Shown here in pieces: positions 1-13,389 of a stretch of DNA of 64,000 nt (position 1 is the stretch's first letter; each line of letters starts with the position of its first letter). The notes below the pieces were generated by a model that had not been told where the DNA came from, made no database searches, and saw only the letters and a list, made by a program, of their open reading frames with translations. This DNA is from Octopus sinensis (lineage: Eukaryota), in NCBI RefSeq assembly GCF_006345805.1, contig NC_043010.1, positions 64,914,001-64,978,000 of the forward strand. Direction: 5' to 3'. The translations under genes and the position numbers were made by a program.

Positions 1-904
1 CCCCACTAATTTTCAATCTTTATGGATGCCAAATATACAAAAACCGACGCCGAGATACGCAAATGTTGCAAAGAAGAGCATGACAATGCTACAACAGAAA
101 CCATTGCAACATAAAATCAAATTATAAATTAGATAATATCACATTGATATGTTAGGAATAGAACTGTGTGCAGCGCAACCAATACACGACAAGATTTATC
201 AGAACTAAACTGAGTGAAAATAAGATCAAAAATGAAGCTGAGAAGCGTAGGATATAAAGCTGCGATGGATGGGGGATTGAATACTGACATATCAGAAATT
301 ACTTCTGACTAGAAACTACCAAACATCTTTAATGAGGCAGAGTAAAAACGATAACTTTAGTATAAGTAGAGGCTGTACGAAAAAAGAATCAATAACTGAC
401 ACTACTTCCCACGTGCATTCTTAGTGAAAACAGGCTAATGTTGCTTAGAAAATATAACTGGGGAATCTTATGAGCTGGCCATTTGGCATTTCGGTGAGAT
501 GTTCTTAGAAAGATGTAGCGTAACTGAGAACTACATTAAATGCCTCACATTACACATTCATTCCTAATAAGTCTGGTATATATTGTCTTCATAATATATC
601 AAACTCCTTATATATCGAAGAATCAAAGAATCAATTAGAGAAATAAGTTATCTATGACACTATTAAATTCTCATTATATACACCTGTTAATTTCAGGTTC
701 ACATAATTTGTGGTCTTCATTCTTTTCCTATTGATGGTAACATTGTAAATAAGACATTTATACAGTCGTTATCACAGGCCACCTATCAATACACTCGGGT
801 TGTATATTACCTCCAATCCACCTCGTTTAACTTAATATTATATTACAAAACGTGTTTTGTGGTATCATGTCCTACTTTAATTAAAAGTTACGGATTGATC
901 CCTG

Positions 905-1053
905 AATGAATATTTAGAAAATATATTCAGCTTTATATCCGTGCAGATCAAATTTCTATTAATAAAATCCATCTGATCACGTTTTGTCCATCGCATTGTT
1001 GATAAAGTGGCTTGTTTCCATATAATCTGTAGCAAACTGAGCTACTTAACACA
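905..1053 (-). pseudogene. Highly decayed EGF exon type B
   Basis: Acceptor atattttcag about 230 nt after the A donor at 1283; codons TGT TAA GTA GCT CAG TTT GCT ACA GAT TAT align with B-type TGT GAA GTT GGT AGA TTT GGT AAG AAT TGT; in-frame stop and Cys losses; 3' boundary approximate. Confidence 0.6.
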
Positions 1054-1283
1054 CTGAAAATATCAACGAAGACAAAATACATAAGATGACTATACTCATT
1101 TTCTGCATTAGAAATATAATGAGGTATCAAAACATACATCTTTACTCAATATAAGGAAATTTGAAATAACTCTTTATTAAAACTCAAGCAGTTTTATTAT
1201 AAAAAAGGAAGGTAAATACGCTGATTTAATAATATTAAAAAAAAATCAATAATTCATGCGTAATAAAATGTATTGAAAATAAC

Positions 1284-1412
1284 CTTGTTGGCAGTTGAAT
1301 CCGTGGTATCCTTCATCACATGTACCTGGACAGGAGCCGTTAATGTTGTTACACTTTTCAGAACAACGACATAACACATTGCATCCAAGACCAAATCTAT
1401 CATTGGAACACT
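1284..1412 (-). CDS. EGF exon type A (ECSNDRFGLGCNVLCRCSEKCNNINGSCPGTCDEGYHGFNCQQ)
   Basis: tttcag|AG ... CAAG|gttatt, 129 nt. Confidence 0.88.
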
Positions 1413-1584
1413 CTGAAATCAAAGTGGTTACAGACAAATTGCAATAAGGATAATTTTATAGTCTTATATAGACGGTAAGATCTGCCACAACGAAGTAAAG
1501 TTATTCTTGTCCATCAATTTCATTTCATCTTAAGATAAAGAAATATAATCTATCTTGTATGAAAAATGGACAAATAAATTATTA

Positions 1585-2830
1585 AGATGGGTGGGCCGAA
1601 AGATTCATTGGTTAACTATGAAGGAATGAGGCTAGAGCTCTGAAATGCTACATGAATGAATTTCAGCACATTTTATTAATTGTAAACTGACATTTGATTG
1701 TTCAAAGAAGACTTCAAATGTAAGTAGCAGCAACTACTCAGCGTCGTGTTGTTATCAAATACCTACAAAAGAAAAGGTTTAGTCCCGGAGGACATTCATG
1801 CTGACATGGTTGCCACATTAGGGCATGACATTCCAGCTTTAACAACATTGCAAAAGTGGGCAGTTGAATTTAGCGGATGAGGGTGTGTGTCTTGATGTTA
1901 ACGCAAGGTCTGGAGGTCCTGAAACTGCCATGAGCCAGGAAAACAATGTTCGTGATCACTCTATAGAGATAGTGACAAGCGAGTGACCAAAAGCCAAATA
2001 GTGAATTCTGTTAGCATACCCCATGAAAGCGATGAGCATATTCTGAACAATAAACTTGACATGACCAAGTGGGTGTCACATCGGTGGGTTTCACATCTGA
2101 CACCTGATCAAAAACAAAAGGCAGATCACATCAGGTGAAAATCCGACATTGTTTGAGGGAGATCCAGTCGGTTTCTTTGAACGTTTCCACATCCAGGATG
2201 AGTGTTAGATTCATCACTTTGGGACAGAGACCAAGAGACACTCCATTCGGTGAAACATCCTTCCTCAACTACTTCTAAGAAGGCCAAGTCCGTTTAATCT
2301 GTAGCGGAGATGATAGTCAGAGTTTTGGGGGACATAAAAGGAATTGAGTTTATTGAGTAACTTGAAAAGGGCCACACCACCAATGGAGAGTACTATACCA
2401 ACTTACTGAGGCAGTTGCGAAAGGCTATCAACACCAAATGTCTAGGAAAACTAATGAAAGTGGCTTTGCTTCATCAGTTCAGTTCTCCAGCATAGAAGTC
2501 CTTGATTTTAATGGCTGCTGTGTGTGACTGCGTCTTTGAACTGGTTGATCACTTACCCTACTTTCCTGATTTGGTCCCACCTGGCAAATGTCTGTTTCCC
2601 AACATGAAAAAACACTTGGCTGGGAACTAGGATCGCAATGGCGATGATGTCATATCCGCTGTCGATATTTTTTAACAACGGGTTGAAAGCTTCTTCAGCA
2701 ATGGGATCCAAGCACTGCAACTCCGATTAAAGAAATGTTTGGAATACAAGGGGGACTGTTTTGAAAAATAAGCCTCATTGATGTTATTCCATGTGACTAT
2801 CTTGGTCAGCTTATGAACTCGTCCAGCACG
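1585..2830 (+). mobile_element. Decayed mariner-family DNA transposon, near full length
   Basis: Degenerate TIRs (gatgggtgggccgaaagattca / atgaactcgtccagcacg); WVPHLT-like remnant (tgggtttcacatctgacacct) and PDLxP-like remnant; many stops. Confidence 0.75.
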
Positions 2831-3693
2831 AATATTGTATGCATCAAAGCCATACACCATTCGTGTAGATCAGTCACTTTTTGGTTTTCCTCTGATTAAT
2901 AAACGCTGATATCTAAAGATAACTAGTCATTTTAGAGTAATAATGCCATGAGTGAAATACAAATCAGTCTAGGATGTTGATATTGCAGCACATGTAAATC
3001 CTCCTAAATAATACAAGAGATGTATGATTGTGATACAATCTATCACAATCATAAACTAATATGTAAAAGGTGTGCAATATTGACAGATACGAACTACCTC
3101 TTCAATTAGAATAATTATCGAAGGAGTAATTCATATCTAAAATTGTTTGACTTATGTTACTATGCACGCATATTAAACTGAGGATATCAATATATATATA
3201 TATATATATATATGTATAAAATTAATATGATGTTTGGGAGTTGTCATCTTTCAGTATAACTTAGAAAGTAGTTAATGAATGAATGCTTAGAGAATATATT
3301 CCTTTATAGACAGTGTTGATTTCATTTCCGTTTGTACAAATATAAAGATTTACTAAAATACAGGAACGCAAATATAACTCCACACACACAGCCCCATACA
3401 CATACTCACATATACACGCACCTATACACACACACGCATACATAAACACACACAGGCACATATAAACGCACGCGCACACACAGAGATATATACATAGTCA
3501 TTACGAGTCAAATATTTCCTGATTTCTTTACGAAGATTCTTGTGAATGAATGCTTGAAAAGCATAATTGTTATATACCTGTGTAGTCCTCATTTCCACTC
3601 GCACATTATTGAAATAACAGGAAATATTTAGAAAGAGACGAATCCACAGGTTGAGACATATTTTTAAAAATATAATGTAGACTTAAATTATAC

Positions 3694-3828
3694 CTTGTTG
3701 ACAATTGTCACCTTCATATCCAGCAGCACACCCATCGGGACATGTCCCATTTCGTCTGTCGCAGGTTTTGTTGTCAACGCAGTGACATATAGCTTTACAA
3801 TTTACACCAAATTTATCTCCTTCACATT
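3694..3828 (-). CDS. EGF exon type B (ECEGDKFGVNCKAICHCVDNKTCDRRNGTCPDGCAAGYEGDNCQQ)
   Basis: ttttcag|AA ... CAAG|gtataa, 135 nt. Confidence 0.88.
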
Positions 3829-4062
3829 CTGAAAATATTGGTATAAACAAATTATATTAGATATCATTTACTGAATATAATAAAAGGTATGTCTATAATA
3901 CTTTTCTACTTCAGAAATATAATTAAGATATCGTATGCCTGTAAACAAACATTTGTTTCGCTTAACGTAATATGTTATCATAAACAAGATTGAACAGGTA
4001 GAGACATTAAATGAAATATAAAAACTAATTTAATAATTTTGGAATAAAGTATAGAAAATTAC

Positions 4063-4191
4063 CTTCTTGACAGCTGGATCCGCTGTATCCTGCATCACAA
4101 TCACCTGGACATGATCCATTTACGTGGTTACATGGTCGGAAACAATGGCAATGCTCTTTGCAACTATGACCAAAGCTACCACTGGAACATT
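4063..4191 (-). CDS. EGF exon type A (ECSSGSFGHSCKEHCHCFRPCNHVNGSCPGDCDAGYSGSSCQE)
   Basis: tttcag|AA ... GAAG|gtaatt, 129 nt. Confidence 0.88.
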
Positions 4192-4243
4192 CTGAAATAA
4201 AGTATTGTTAGAAACGAATCCGGAGTATTCCGCCTATACATAC

Positions 4244-4303
<60 letters not shown>

Positions 4304-4496
4304 ATATACAAGCAATTATGTTCCTACGTGAATTTGCATGTGCAGAAATGCAGATCCACACACATGCACACGTTAAGTCACTGAAATACATTTATTCACA
4401 GATGTTTGGATACCAATCCATCCATGCATACATACATACTTACTTTTATATGTACACAAGTAAACAGCACGCACGTATATATATATATATATATAC

Positions 4497-4910
4497 GCAG
4501 GAGTGGCTGTGTGGTAAGTAGCTTGTTTACCAACCACATGGTTCTGGGTTCAGTCCCACTGCGTGGCACCCTGGGCAAGTGTCTTCCACTATAGTCTCGG
4601 GCCGACAAAAGCCTTGTGAGTGGATTTGGTAGACGGAAACTGAAAGAAGCCCGTCGTATATATGTGTATATATATATATGTATGTGTGTGTGTTTGTGTG
4701 TCTCTGTTTGTCCCCCTAGCATTGCTTGACAACCGATGCTGGTGTGTTTATGTCCCCGTCACTTAGCGGTTCGGCAAAACAGACCGATAGAATAAGTACT
4801 GGGCTTACAAAGAATAAGTCCCGGGGTCGAGTTGCTCGATTAAAGGCGGTGCTCCAGCATGGCCGCAGTCAAATGACTGAAACAAGTAAAAGAGTAAAAG
4901 AGTAAAAGAG
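4497..4910 (+). mobile_element. tRNA-derived SINE (octopus OK/OR-type), near full length
   Basis: tRNA-like head (gtggctgtgtggtaag...gggttcagtccc), internal microsatellite, tail ccagcatggccgcagtc...(gtaaaaga)n. Confidence 0.8.
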
Positions 4911-5113
4911 TAACAATGATAAATCTTAGAGCGAGTTATAAACAGTAGCGGTAACACATCGTGACGCATATTTGCCATTTGAATATGGCTAACCCCTAAG
5001 GGTGGATGCTACTGTAGTTTGTAGCCCCAGGAAGATACCTCCTCCAGCTGGCTATAGACACATATATTCAAATGGCAAATATGCGTCACGATGTGTTACC
5101 GCTACTGTTTATA
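4911..5113 (-). repeat. Truncated copy of the hammerhead-bearing repeat (cf. 50290-50600) with a 50-bp inverted duplication
   Basis: 4911-5062 is the reverse complement of about 50445-50600; 4937-4986 and 5064-5113 are a perfect inverted repeat. Confidence 0.8.
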
Positions 5114-5157
5114 TATCATATCACTTAGATCATTAGCGCTTTCTCCCATTCTAGAGG

Positions 5158-5230
<73 letters not shown>

Positions 5231-5440
5231 ACACACACACACACAGACATACTCACACACACACATACACACATACACACATGCACCCACACCCATTCGC
5301 ACAATCTTTCTCCCTCTATCAATCTTCCTCCTTTCTCTCTCTTTCTTCCTATATATATATGCACATACATATAGACATAAATATACATAAACCCCACTAG
5401 AATGGGAGAAAGCGCTAATGATCTAAGTGATATGATATAT
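5111..5440. mobile_element. MITE-like element with 44-bp perfect TIRs enclosing (CA)n
   Basis: 5111-5154 (atatatcatatcacttagatcattagcgctttctcccattctag) is the reverse complement of 5397-5440. Confidence 0.7.
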
Positions 5441-5569
5441 ATATAAAAAATGTAATATATAAATATATATCTATAAATATAAACCATCCGATCTTCTGAT
5501 TACCTCATTTCTTCTAATATATAATACCTGTACATCATCTCCAAACCTTCCATTTTATATATATATATA

Positions 5570-5944
5570 TATATAACGGGAAGCTTTATGAAAATAAACA
5601 AAAGACGAAGGCAGGTGGAAAACAAACGAACAATTGTATTAGTATGTCGCTCAGGAAATATAAATAAAACAAGTCTTTAACGTTTCGAGCCTACGCTCTT
5701 CAACAGAAAGATACACAGAGAGAGAAAAACACAGAAAGAAGGAGAGAAAAAAAATGCGTGCAGTAACTAACGAATCAACATGGCGATCTGATTTCGGCCA
5801 GAGGTCAAAGATCAAACATGAGACGCGAGAGCGAAATAAGGGGAGATAATAGGGTTGATAAATGGGTTGAGGGACCAGCTAAAAGTGCGTGGGAGGGGTC
5901 TGGATGTGTGTATGTATAGGGTTGGTGTATGTATTAGTATGTAT

Positions 5945-5981
<37 letters not shown>

Positions 5982-7347
5982 AGAGAGTATTAGTGCGTAA
6001 GATTGGTCTGGACGTGCGTATGTATGGGGTTGGTGTATGTATTAGTATGTATTAGTATGTATTAGTACGTATTGGTATGTATAGGTGTGTGTGTGTGTGT
6101 GAGAGAGAGTATAAGTGCGTATGCGGGGTCTGGACGTGTGTATGTATAGGGTTGGTGTAAGTATTAGTATGTACTAGTATGTATTAGTACGTATTAGTAT
6201 GTATTAGTTGGTGTGTGTATTAGTATGGCACATCATATGTGATGTGATGTGTAAAGTCATGTGGTGTAGTGAGGAGAAGAGGGGGAGGGGGAGAAGAGGG
6301 GGAGAGAAGGGGAGGGGAAGAAGAGGGGGAGGAGAAGGGGGAAGAGGAGAGGATGGGGGAGAAGGAAGGGGAGGAGGGGGATGAAGGAGGAAAGAGGGAG
6401 AGGGGGAGAGAGGGAGTGAGGGAGCAGAGGGAAGGGGAAGAGGGAGGGAGAAAGAGGGAAGAAGGGAAGGGGAGTAGGGGTGAAAGGATGAAGGACTGAA
6501 GAAGTAGGGGTCGGGGGAGAAAGGATAGGTGAGGAGGGGGGAGAGGGGGGTTAGATGAGGAGGGGGGAGGGGGTTAGATGAGGAGGGGGGAGAGTTGAGA
6601 CCAAATGGCGTATAAGAGCGAAGAGAGAAGATTAATTCCTGTTCACGGCGCAAACGGGAATCCGGATGGCCTCTGTGTAAGGACAAACCGAACACAGATA
6701 GGTGTTGCAAGGAGTGACCGGTGGAGCGGAAATGGCGTGAGACCGGTGTGTCGTTCGCAAGGTGGATGTCACGAAGGTGTTCTGCGAACCGGTCAGCCAA
6801 GCGGCGTCCCGTTTGTCCGATGCACAAGGAATTGCAGAGAGAGCAAGAGATGCAATAGATAATATTGCTGGAGGTGCAGGTGAAGGAGTGGATGATGGGA
6901 TAGGGTCGATGGTGGGTGCTAGTGAGGCGGGTGGTGTTGGAGAGGTAAGGGCAAGTGCGGCAACGTGGGCGGGAGCAGGGGAACGAGCCGGGTTGGGAGG
7001 TAGGGTCAGGGAAGGAGCTATGGACCAAAAGGTCTCGAAGGTTGTGGGCTCGTTTGAAAGAGGGGAGGGGTCGGTTAGGGAAGAGGTGTGAAGTGGACGG
7101 GTCGGACTGGAGATGACGGAAAGCTCGAAGAATGGTGCGTTGGAGACGTAGGGTCGTGGGGTGGTAAGTGAGGGGAAAAGGGAGGCGGGAGACTACAGGG
7201 CGGGTTCGGGGAGAGAGAGAGCAGATACACGGTCCACGGACCGTGCTCTGGCAAGGGCGGTGTGGATAGTGGTGAGGGGGTATCCACGTAGGGTGAAGTG
7301 GTGAGCCATACGTTGAGACTGAGTCTCAAAGTCATGGTCGTCACTAC
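5570..7347 (-). mobile_element. 5'-truncated Penelope-like element (RT linker, GIY-YIG endonuclease, 3' tail)
   Basis: ORF 6204-7028 has CxxxxCxxC, FTCTSSNIIYCISC and IGQTGRRLADRFAEHLRDI; upstream frameshifted RGYP/TYHP/FKR motifs; pyrimidine-rich tail ending in ctcgaaacgt. Confidence 0.85.
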
Positions 7348-7439
7348 ATATATATATACATATATGTATAGATAGATAGATAGATTCTGTAAATTTCAAT
7401 TGTATATATATGTACGTATGTATATAACATATGAAAGAC

Positions 7440-7483
<44 letters not shown>

Positions 7484-7608
7484 ATATGCAGACATATGTA
7501 TGTGTGTGTATGTATATAAGTACGAACATGTGCCTGTGTGTTTTGTACTACAACCACATATACACTAATCCCCCGTTTTAAAATTTCATTTTAATTAGGA
7601 ACGTAATA

Positions 7609-7694
<86 letters not shown>

Positions 7695-7834
7695 TATATA
7701 TGATATATATATATATATATACATACATATATATATACATATGTATATATCGTTGTATTTAGGAATTCCCATTTTGCCACTTTAGCCAATAAAAACACAC
7801 GCATTATATATTTGGTATTACTATGCTTCAGCGT

Positions 7835-8058
7835 AAAAACATTTGGCTGGGAACTAGGATCGCAATGGCGATGATGTCATATCCGCTGTCCATATTTTTA
7901 ACAACGGGTTGAAAGCTTCTTCAGCAATGGGATCCAAGCACTGCAACTCCGATTGAAGAAATGTATGGAATGCAGGGGGGACTGTTTTGAAAAATAAGCC
8001 TCATTGATGTTATTCCATTTGAGTATCTCGGTCAGCTTATGGACTCGTCCAGCACGAA
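7835..8058 (+). mobile_element. 3' fragment of the same mariner copy as 1585-2830, carried by segmental duplication
   Basis: Near-identical to about 2607-2830 and continues into a shared flank. Confidence 0.8.
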
Positions 8059-8908
8059 TATTGTATGCATCAAAGCCATACAGCCTTCGTGTAGATCAGT
8101 CACTTTTTGGCTTTCCTCTGATTAATAAACGCTGATATCTAAAGATAACTAGTCATTTTAGAGTAATAATGCCATGAGTGAAATACAAATCAGTCCAGGA
8201 TGTTGATATTGCAGCATATGTAAATCCTCCTAAATAATACAAGAGATGTACCGTATAATATGAAAATAATTTCAGTTAACTATCAGCATTTTCCAACCTC
8301 TAACAATGGTTATGTATTGTTGGTGGGATTTACAAAAATGTAATATTTAGGTTATTTATGACATTAGTCTACGATGTAGATATTAATTAATATGCTATAT
8401 AATAAAAGAAAAACACAATTGTTGATAATTTACTATATATACCATCTGGTTACAAAACATGTGTTTAGGTAACGGTTCTACATTTGGTTTCTGCTTTTAT
8501 TCCCAGTCTAGCATAATCTCTAACATAAATTCCAGTTTCATATTTAAAGTATTATTAATATACATAAATATAGTTGTGAGATATAACAAAACAGTGAATT
8601 ATGTAGTTAAAACTGTAATGTATAATATGACCATACCCTGCTTTTACTGGCGAAATATATTTATATCATTCCACAGGCACATATTCTGGGAATGAGTAAG
8701 GCATGAATAGTATGGCATCACATTTGTCTTTCGTATAAAGTCACACAATCTATCACAATCATAAACCAATATGTGAAAGGTGTGCAATATTGACAGATAC
8801 GAACTACCTCTTCAATTAGAATAATTATCGAAGGAGTAATTCATATATAAAATTGTTTGATTTATGTTACTATGCACGCATATTAAACTAAGGTCATCAA
8901 AATATGGG

Positions 8909-8950
<42 letters not shown>

Positions 8951-9158
8951 TTTGGGAGTGCTATCTTTCAGTATAACTTAGAAAGTAGTTAATGAATGTA
9001 TGCTTAGAGAATATATTCTTTTATAGACAATGTTGATTTCATTTTCGTTTGTACAAACATAAAGATTTACTAAAATACTATGGATAATCTAAGAAACGAA
9101 CAGATGTATTAATTGAGATATGCATTTTATTAAAAGAAAATATAGATTTAAATTATAC

Positions 9159-9293
9159 CTTGCAGACAACTGACACCTTCATATCCAGCAGAACATCCAT
9201 CTGAACAGCTTCCATTTTGTTTGTTGCAGTTTTTGTTGTCAACACAATGACATACACCACTACAATTGGCACCAAATTTACCCTCTCTGCACA
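9159..9293 (-). CDS. EGF exon type B (CREGKFGANCSGVCHCVDNKNCNKQNGSCSDGCSAGYEGVSCLQ)
   Basis: tgttcag|TG ... CAAG|gtataa, 135 nt. Confidence 0.88.
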
Positions 9294-9538
9294 CTGAACA
9301 CATTAATATAAAATATTACATTAGATATCATTAGCTAAAAGTAATAAAGCGCTTGTCTCTAATAGTTTCTAACTTTAGAATTCTAATTATATCAACAGCA
9401 TATATTTCATTGCATATCGGAGTTATGATAACATTATAGTTGTCTCTTATGATATGTAAGAAAGTTATCTACGCCTAAAAAGATTAAATGAAATATAGAG
9501 AAATTAATACTATTAGGATAAAATGTATTGAAATTAAC

Positions 9539-9664
9539 GTTGGCAGTTGAATCCGGTGTACCCTGGGTCACATTCACCTGGACACGATCCATTGATGTGG
9601 TTACATGGTTTGGAACAATGACAAGACTTTTTGCACTGAGGACCAAATGTAAACCTAGAACAGA
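9539..9664 (-). CDS. EGF exon type A, one codon shorter (CSRFTFGPQCKKSCHCSKPCNHINGSCPGECDPGYTGFNCQ)
   Basis: cactag|TC ... CAAC|gttaat, 126 nt, 8 Cys; weak polypyrimidine tract. Confidence 0.75.
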
Positions 9665-10619
9665 CTAGTGTAATAGTGGCTACATGTGAATTTCTTGCAG
9701 AATAAATTGAAGATAATATTATGTACGTTGTTAACTGAAATCATGAAGAAATACAATGAGATTGGTGTGTCGAACACACACATGTTCTGCCAATATAACT
9801 TCTGCAACTGTTATGTAACGTCAGTGATGTTATTAATTCATTCAATACTTTTGTGTCCATCAAAAGATGTAAACAAATACACACATCTAGATATCGTACT
9901 GTCATGAATAGATTGACAATAATACTCATATTCTATCATTTTGCGACGTCATTAATAAGACAACTAATATTACAAGAAAATCTCCTTCAATGTCATAAAA
10001 TCCATTTACCTAGCTTTTAATAATTCACACGCCTCAATAATAGAATGTGTCTATTTTCAAAATGGTCGTATTGATCCATCGGACAAAGAGTATATATTAT
10101 AAGCAACACAATGGAATGTTAAATACTCACAAATTACTGATAATTCGCCATAAGTACAAACATTGTAACAATTTCTGTTTATATAACATAAGTATCCTTT
10201 TATATGCGGTTTGTGAGAAGTAACAAGACAAATGAAACAAGGGGCTTGATTTAACTGAGAGTATTAGGAGAATTTCACATTAAAATGGTAACTGATGAAG
10301 AATGCCAAAGATACCCAAACACTAAATGAAAGTGTATATGCACGTGTATGTATGTATGCGTGTATGTATGCATCCATATACGTATACACAAATGTACGTA
10401 GGCTCGACTAAACCCTTCAATGTGTGCCACAGCATGGCCGCGTAACGGAAACAAAAATGGTGAAAGATGAGGATATGCATATATGCATGTATGTATATAT
10501 TTACGTATATATATATATCTCTCTCTCTATCTATTTATCTTTCTATACCTATGCACGCGCGTATGTGTGTGTGTGTATTTATGCACACGTTATCTGGGTT
10601 TAGAAAGACATCTAGTAAA

Positions 10620-11420
10620 TCGTTTTTCTACAATGGAACTCGAAGTAAAAAATAATATAAAAACAGTCCGTAAATAGCGAGGCAAGAAATTAAAAAAACA
10701 CATTATTAAAAAACGAATTATTAAATAAACACCAGGACATCAACAGAAAATCCGAATATCTAAGAATAGAATGGTTCAACCGAAAGTTAAGTGTCTGCAA
10801 TCCGCCGTGTGTTTCGTAGGAAGAAATTGAATATTCGACTGGCACACTCTGCAGCCTTCCTGAGGAGGTTCCTGAATAAACAAGTGCAGTGGAAAAACAA
10901 AAACGTATATACATTGCTCAATTACCCGATCAATGATGGGAAGATGTTTTGAGGCTACTATAGATACATTTTCCTTCCAACTATACATGCATATATACAT
11001 TTTCCATCCAAAGGACAGAAGTTCCCATCTGGAGAAAAGAATCAAGTACAGAGCCAAGGTGCAGATAGACAGCTCAAACGAATATAGAACTTGTACAGGG
11101 GCTTCTGAAAATTCTTTCAAAATCCGATTTTATTCTCATAGAAATTCTTTCAGATGCCCCGAAAATAGGACAAAGACCAGCCTAGCAAAATATGTCTGGG
11201 AATTAAAAGAAAACGAAACCCGACTTTCAACACGACATGGAGAATTTTAAATAGAGTTTCCCCTTACAGCTCGCTGCGCATGAAAGACCCATCGAATGTG
11301 ATTTATGCCTGCTGGAAAAATATTATATTTTATTCCAGGACAACAAATCTTTAAATCAAAGACGCGAACACTTGAAATCCTGCAGACACGCAACTAAATT
11401 TAAAATGTCAACTAGCAGTA
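10620..11420 (+). mobile_element. Penelope-like element remnant (second GIY-YIG lineage)
   Basis: KYRAKV...TGASENSFKIRFYSHRNSF...TSLAKYVWELK; in another frame CDLCLLEKYYI...LNQRREHLKSCRH. Confidence 0.75.
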
Positions 11421-12188
11421 TACCATATGGTTAGTGTATATATTTTTTGAATCTTGGACTAGTTTTTAATCACACTGTTGAATTTGTTGCTTATAATACT
11501 TGATTTATTTCGCATCGCAAGGATATTGTATATATTTCGACATATTTCTTAAGAAAAACCTTCGACTGTTGTATGCATATATTATTTCCTTGTTTAAGAT
11601 TCTACTTATATTTTATTTTATTTCATTTTATTGTATTTTATAAACCCACTTTAATCGTTTAATTTATAGATAATTCGATATAGGGTGTTATATTTTGCAT
11701 GTCTTTTATCCGAATTTTATTATTATACACTCGGCATTTAAAAAAAATGTGCTGTTTGTATATATAGGTAGGGACCTAGACATGTTTTATGTGGATATTT
11801 GTATTGTTGGCATGCATATGTATTCTTATCTATGCCTCTATATATGAGTGTAAGTAAACTTGTATGTTTATACTTGTGCACATACACATAAGGATGTATA
11901 TGCATGCATGTATTCACTTATATTTGTGTGGATGTGTATTTACGTGCATATTTCCATATATTTATATATGTAATCTTATATGTGTATTTATGCTAATATA
12001 CACCTTTGTATATATATGAATACGTAATTTTATTTTGTGTACGTTCGTTATACATATTAAGCCACCTATCTTTCTTTCTTTCTTTTCTATGCTATATTTC
12101 TGCTGCTTTCAAATAAAGTATATTACTCTACCTCTGGTATTTGAGTACTCTTTTATACATCCTTGTTTCACATTTATGTGCTTACTCC

Positions 12189-12272
<84 letters not shown>

Positions 12273-12504
12273 CTTGTATAATATAATTTTAAGTACAGAA
12301 ACTATAATTCTTGATGAATAACTAGTTTCGTTGAACTGTATTCATTAAGATCTCATATTATATATAATCACATAATTTAGTTTTTCTGGATTATCACAAA
12401 TGTCCGATGAACATTCGTTTTACATTCTGAGTAACAGTTGCTGAAGTCTTTTTTAAATTAGCACCCCTTAGTCAGAGGATCCTATGGGTCTTCCGTTGTC
12501 TCCA

Positions 12505-13330
12505 GCTAGATACCACCACCCACCCCATTTCCCCAACCCACCCCTGCCGTCCTTTAAACGCACCCGTAACCTACGCGATCTACTAATCCGTAGCACCTTC
12601 CCCGCTTCCCTCCCAGCCCCACCCAGATGCTTTCCTTACTATAGATCCCGCTGCTACACTTGCCCTTTCATCAGCAACACCACCTCCCTCACTGGATTCA
12701 ACCAGCAAACCCTCCACATTAGAAACTCCCCTTGCACTTCTTCAAGTCTTATCTATTGCATTAGAGATAATCTCTGCAATAAACTATACGTTGGTCAGAC
12801 GGACTGCTGCCTGGCCGACCGGTTCACGGAACATCTACGAGATGTTCGGCTACGCACGAACATTCCCGTCGCCCGTCATTTCCGTTTGGCCAACCACTTC
12901 ACCTCTTATATCTCCATTTTTGGCCTCGCCTTGCACCACAGATCCACACTCTCGACTCCGCCTGGAACAGCGTTACATTTTCAGTCAACAAACATAAACT
13001 CCCTTCGTACTCAGCATAACCCCCTCCTCTTAACAACTGCCTCTAAACCTTTTTATTTTATTTTATTTCATTATCTCTCATAACCATTTACTTTTTTGCA
13101 CTGTTACCTATTTTGCGATTTTTTATTGTTTTTTATCGTTTTTTCCATCGAATTAAAAAAATTTATTGTATTATTCTTTATAATTTTTAAAATTTCTATT
13201 TCATTAATTTAATTTTGTTTAAATTTTAATTTTTTTACTTTTTATTCTTTACTTTTTATTTTTTATCTTATATCTGTTGTTTTTGAATTTTTTATTAATT
13301 TTTTAATTTTTTCATTTTGTAACCTTCTCC
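12505..13330 (+). mobile_element. Penelope-like element remnant, same family as 5570-7347
   Basis: FPNPPLPSFKRTRNLRDLL, CYTCPFI, LIYCI, YVGQTDCCLADRFTEHLRDV; T-rich tail. Confidence 0.85.
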
Positions 13331-13389
13331 ATTTTTGCCCCTTTTTTATCGACCTTCTTTATCATATTTTATTTTATTTCTATATACAC

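Noticed and set aside
6204-6600. Pro/Ser/Leu-rich tail of the 274-aa ORF and the Glu/Gly-rich opposite-strand ORF
   Set aside because: Low-complexity pyrimidine tract of the PLE 3' region; only the GIY-YIG part is credible coding remnant.
10832-10866. Minus-strand ctcaggaaggctg...cagtcgaata resembling the 53517 motif
   Set aside because: Both core halves are mutated; at most a dead relic.
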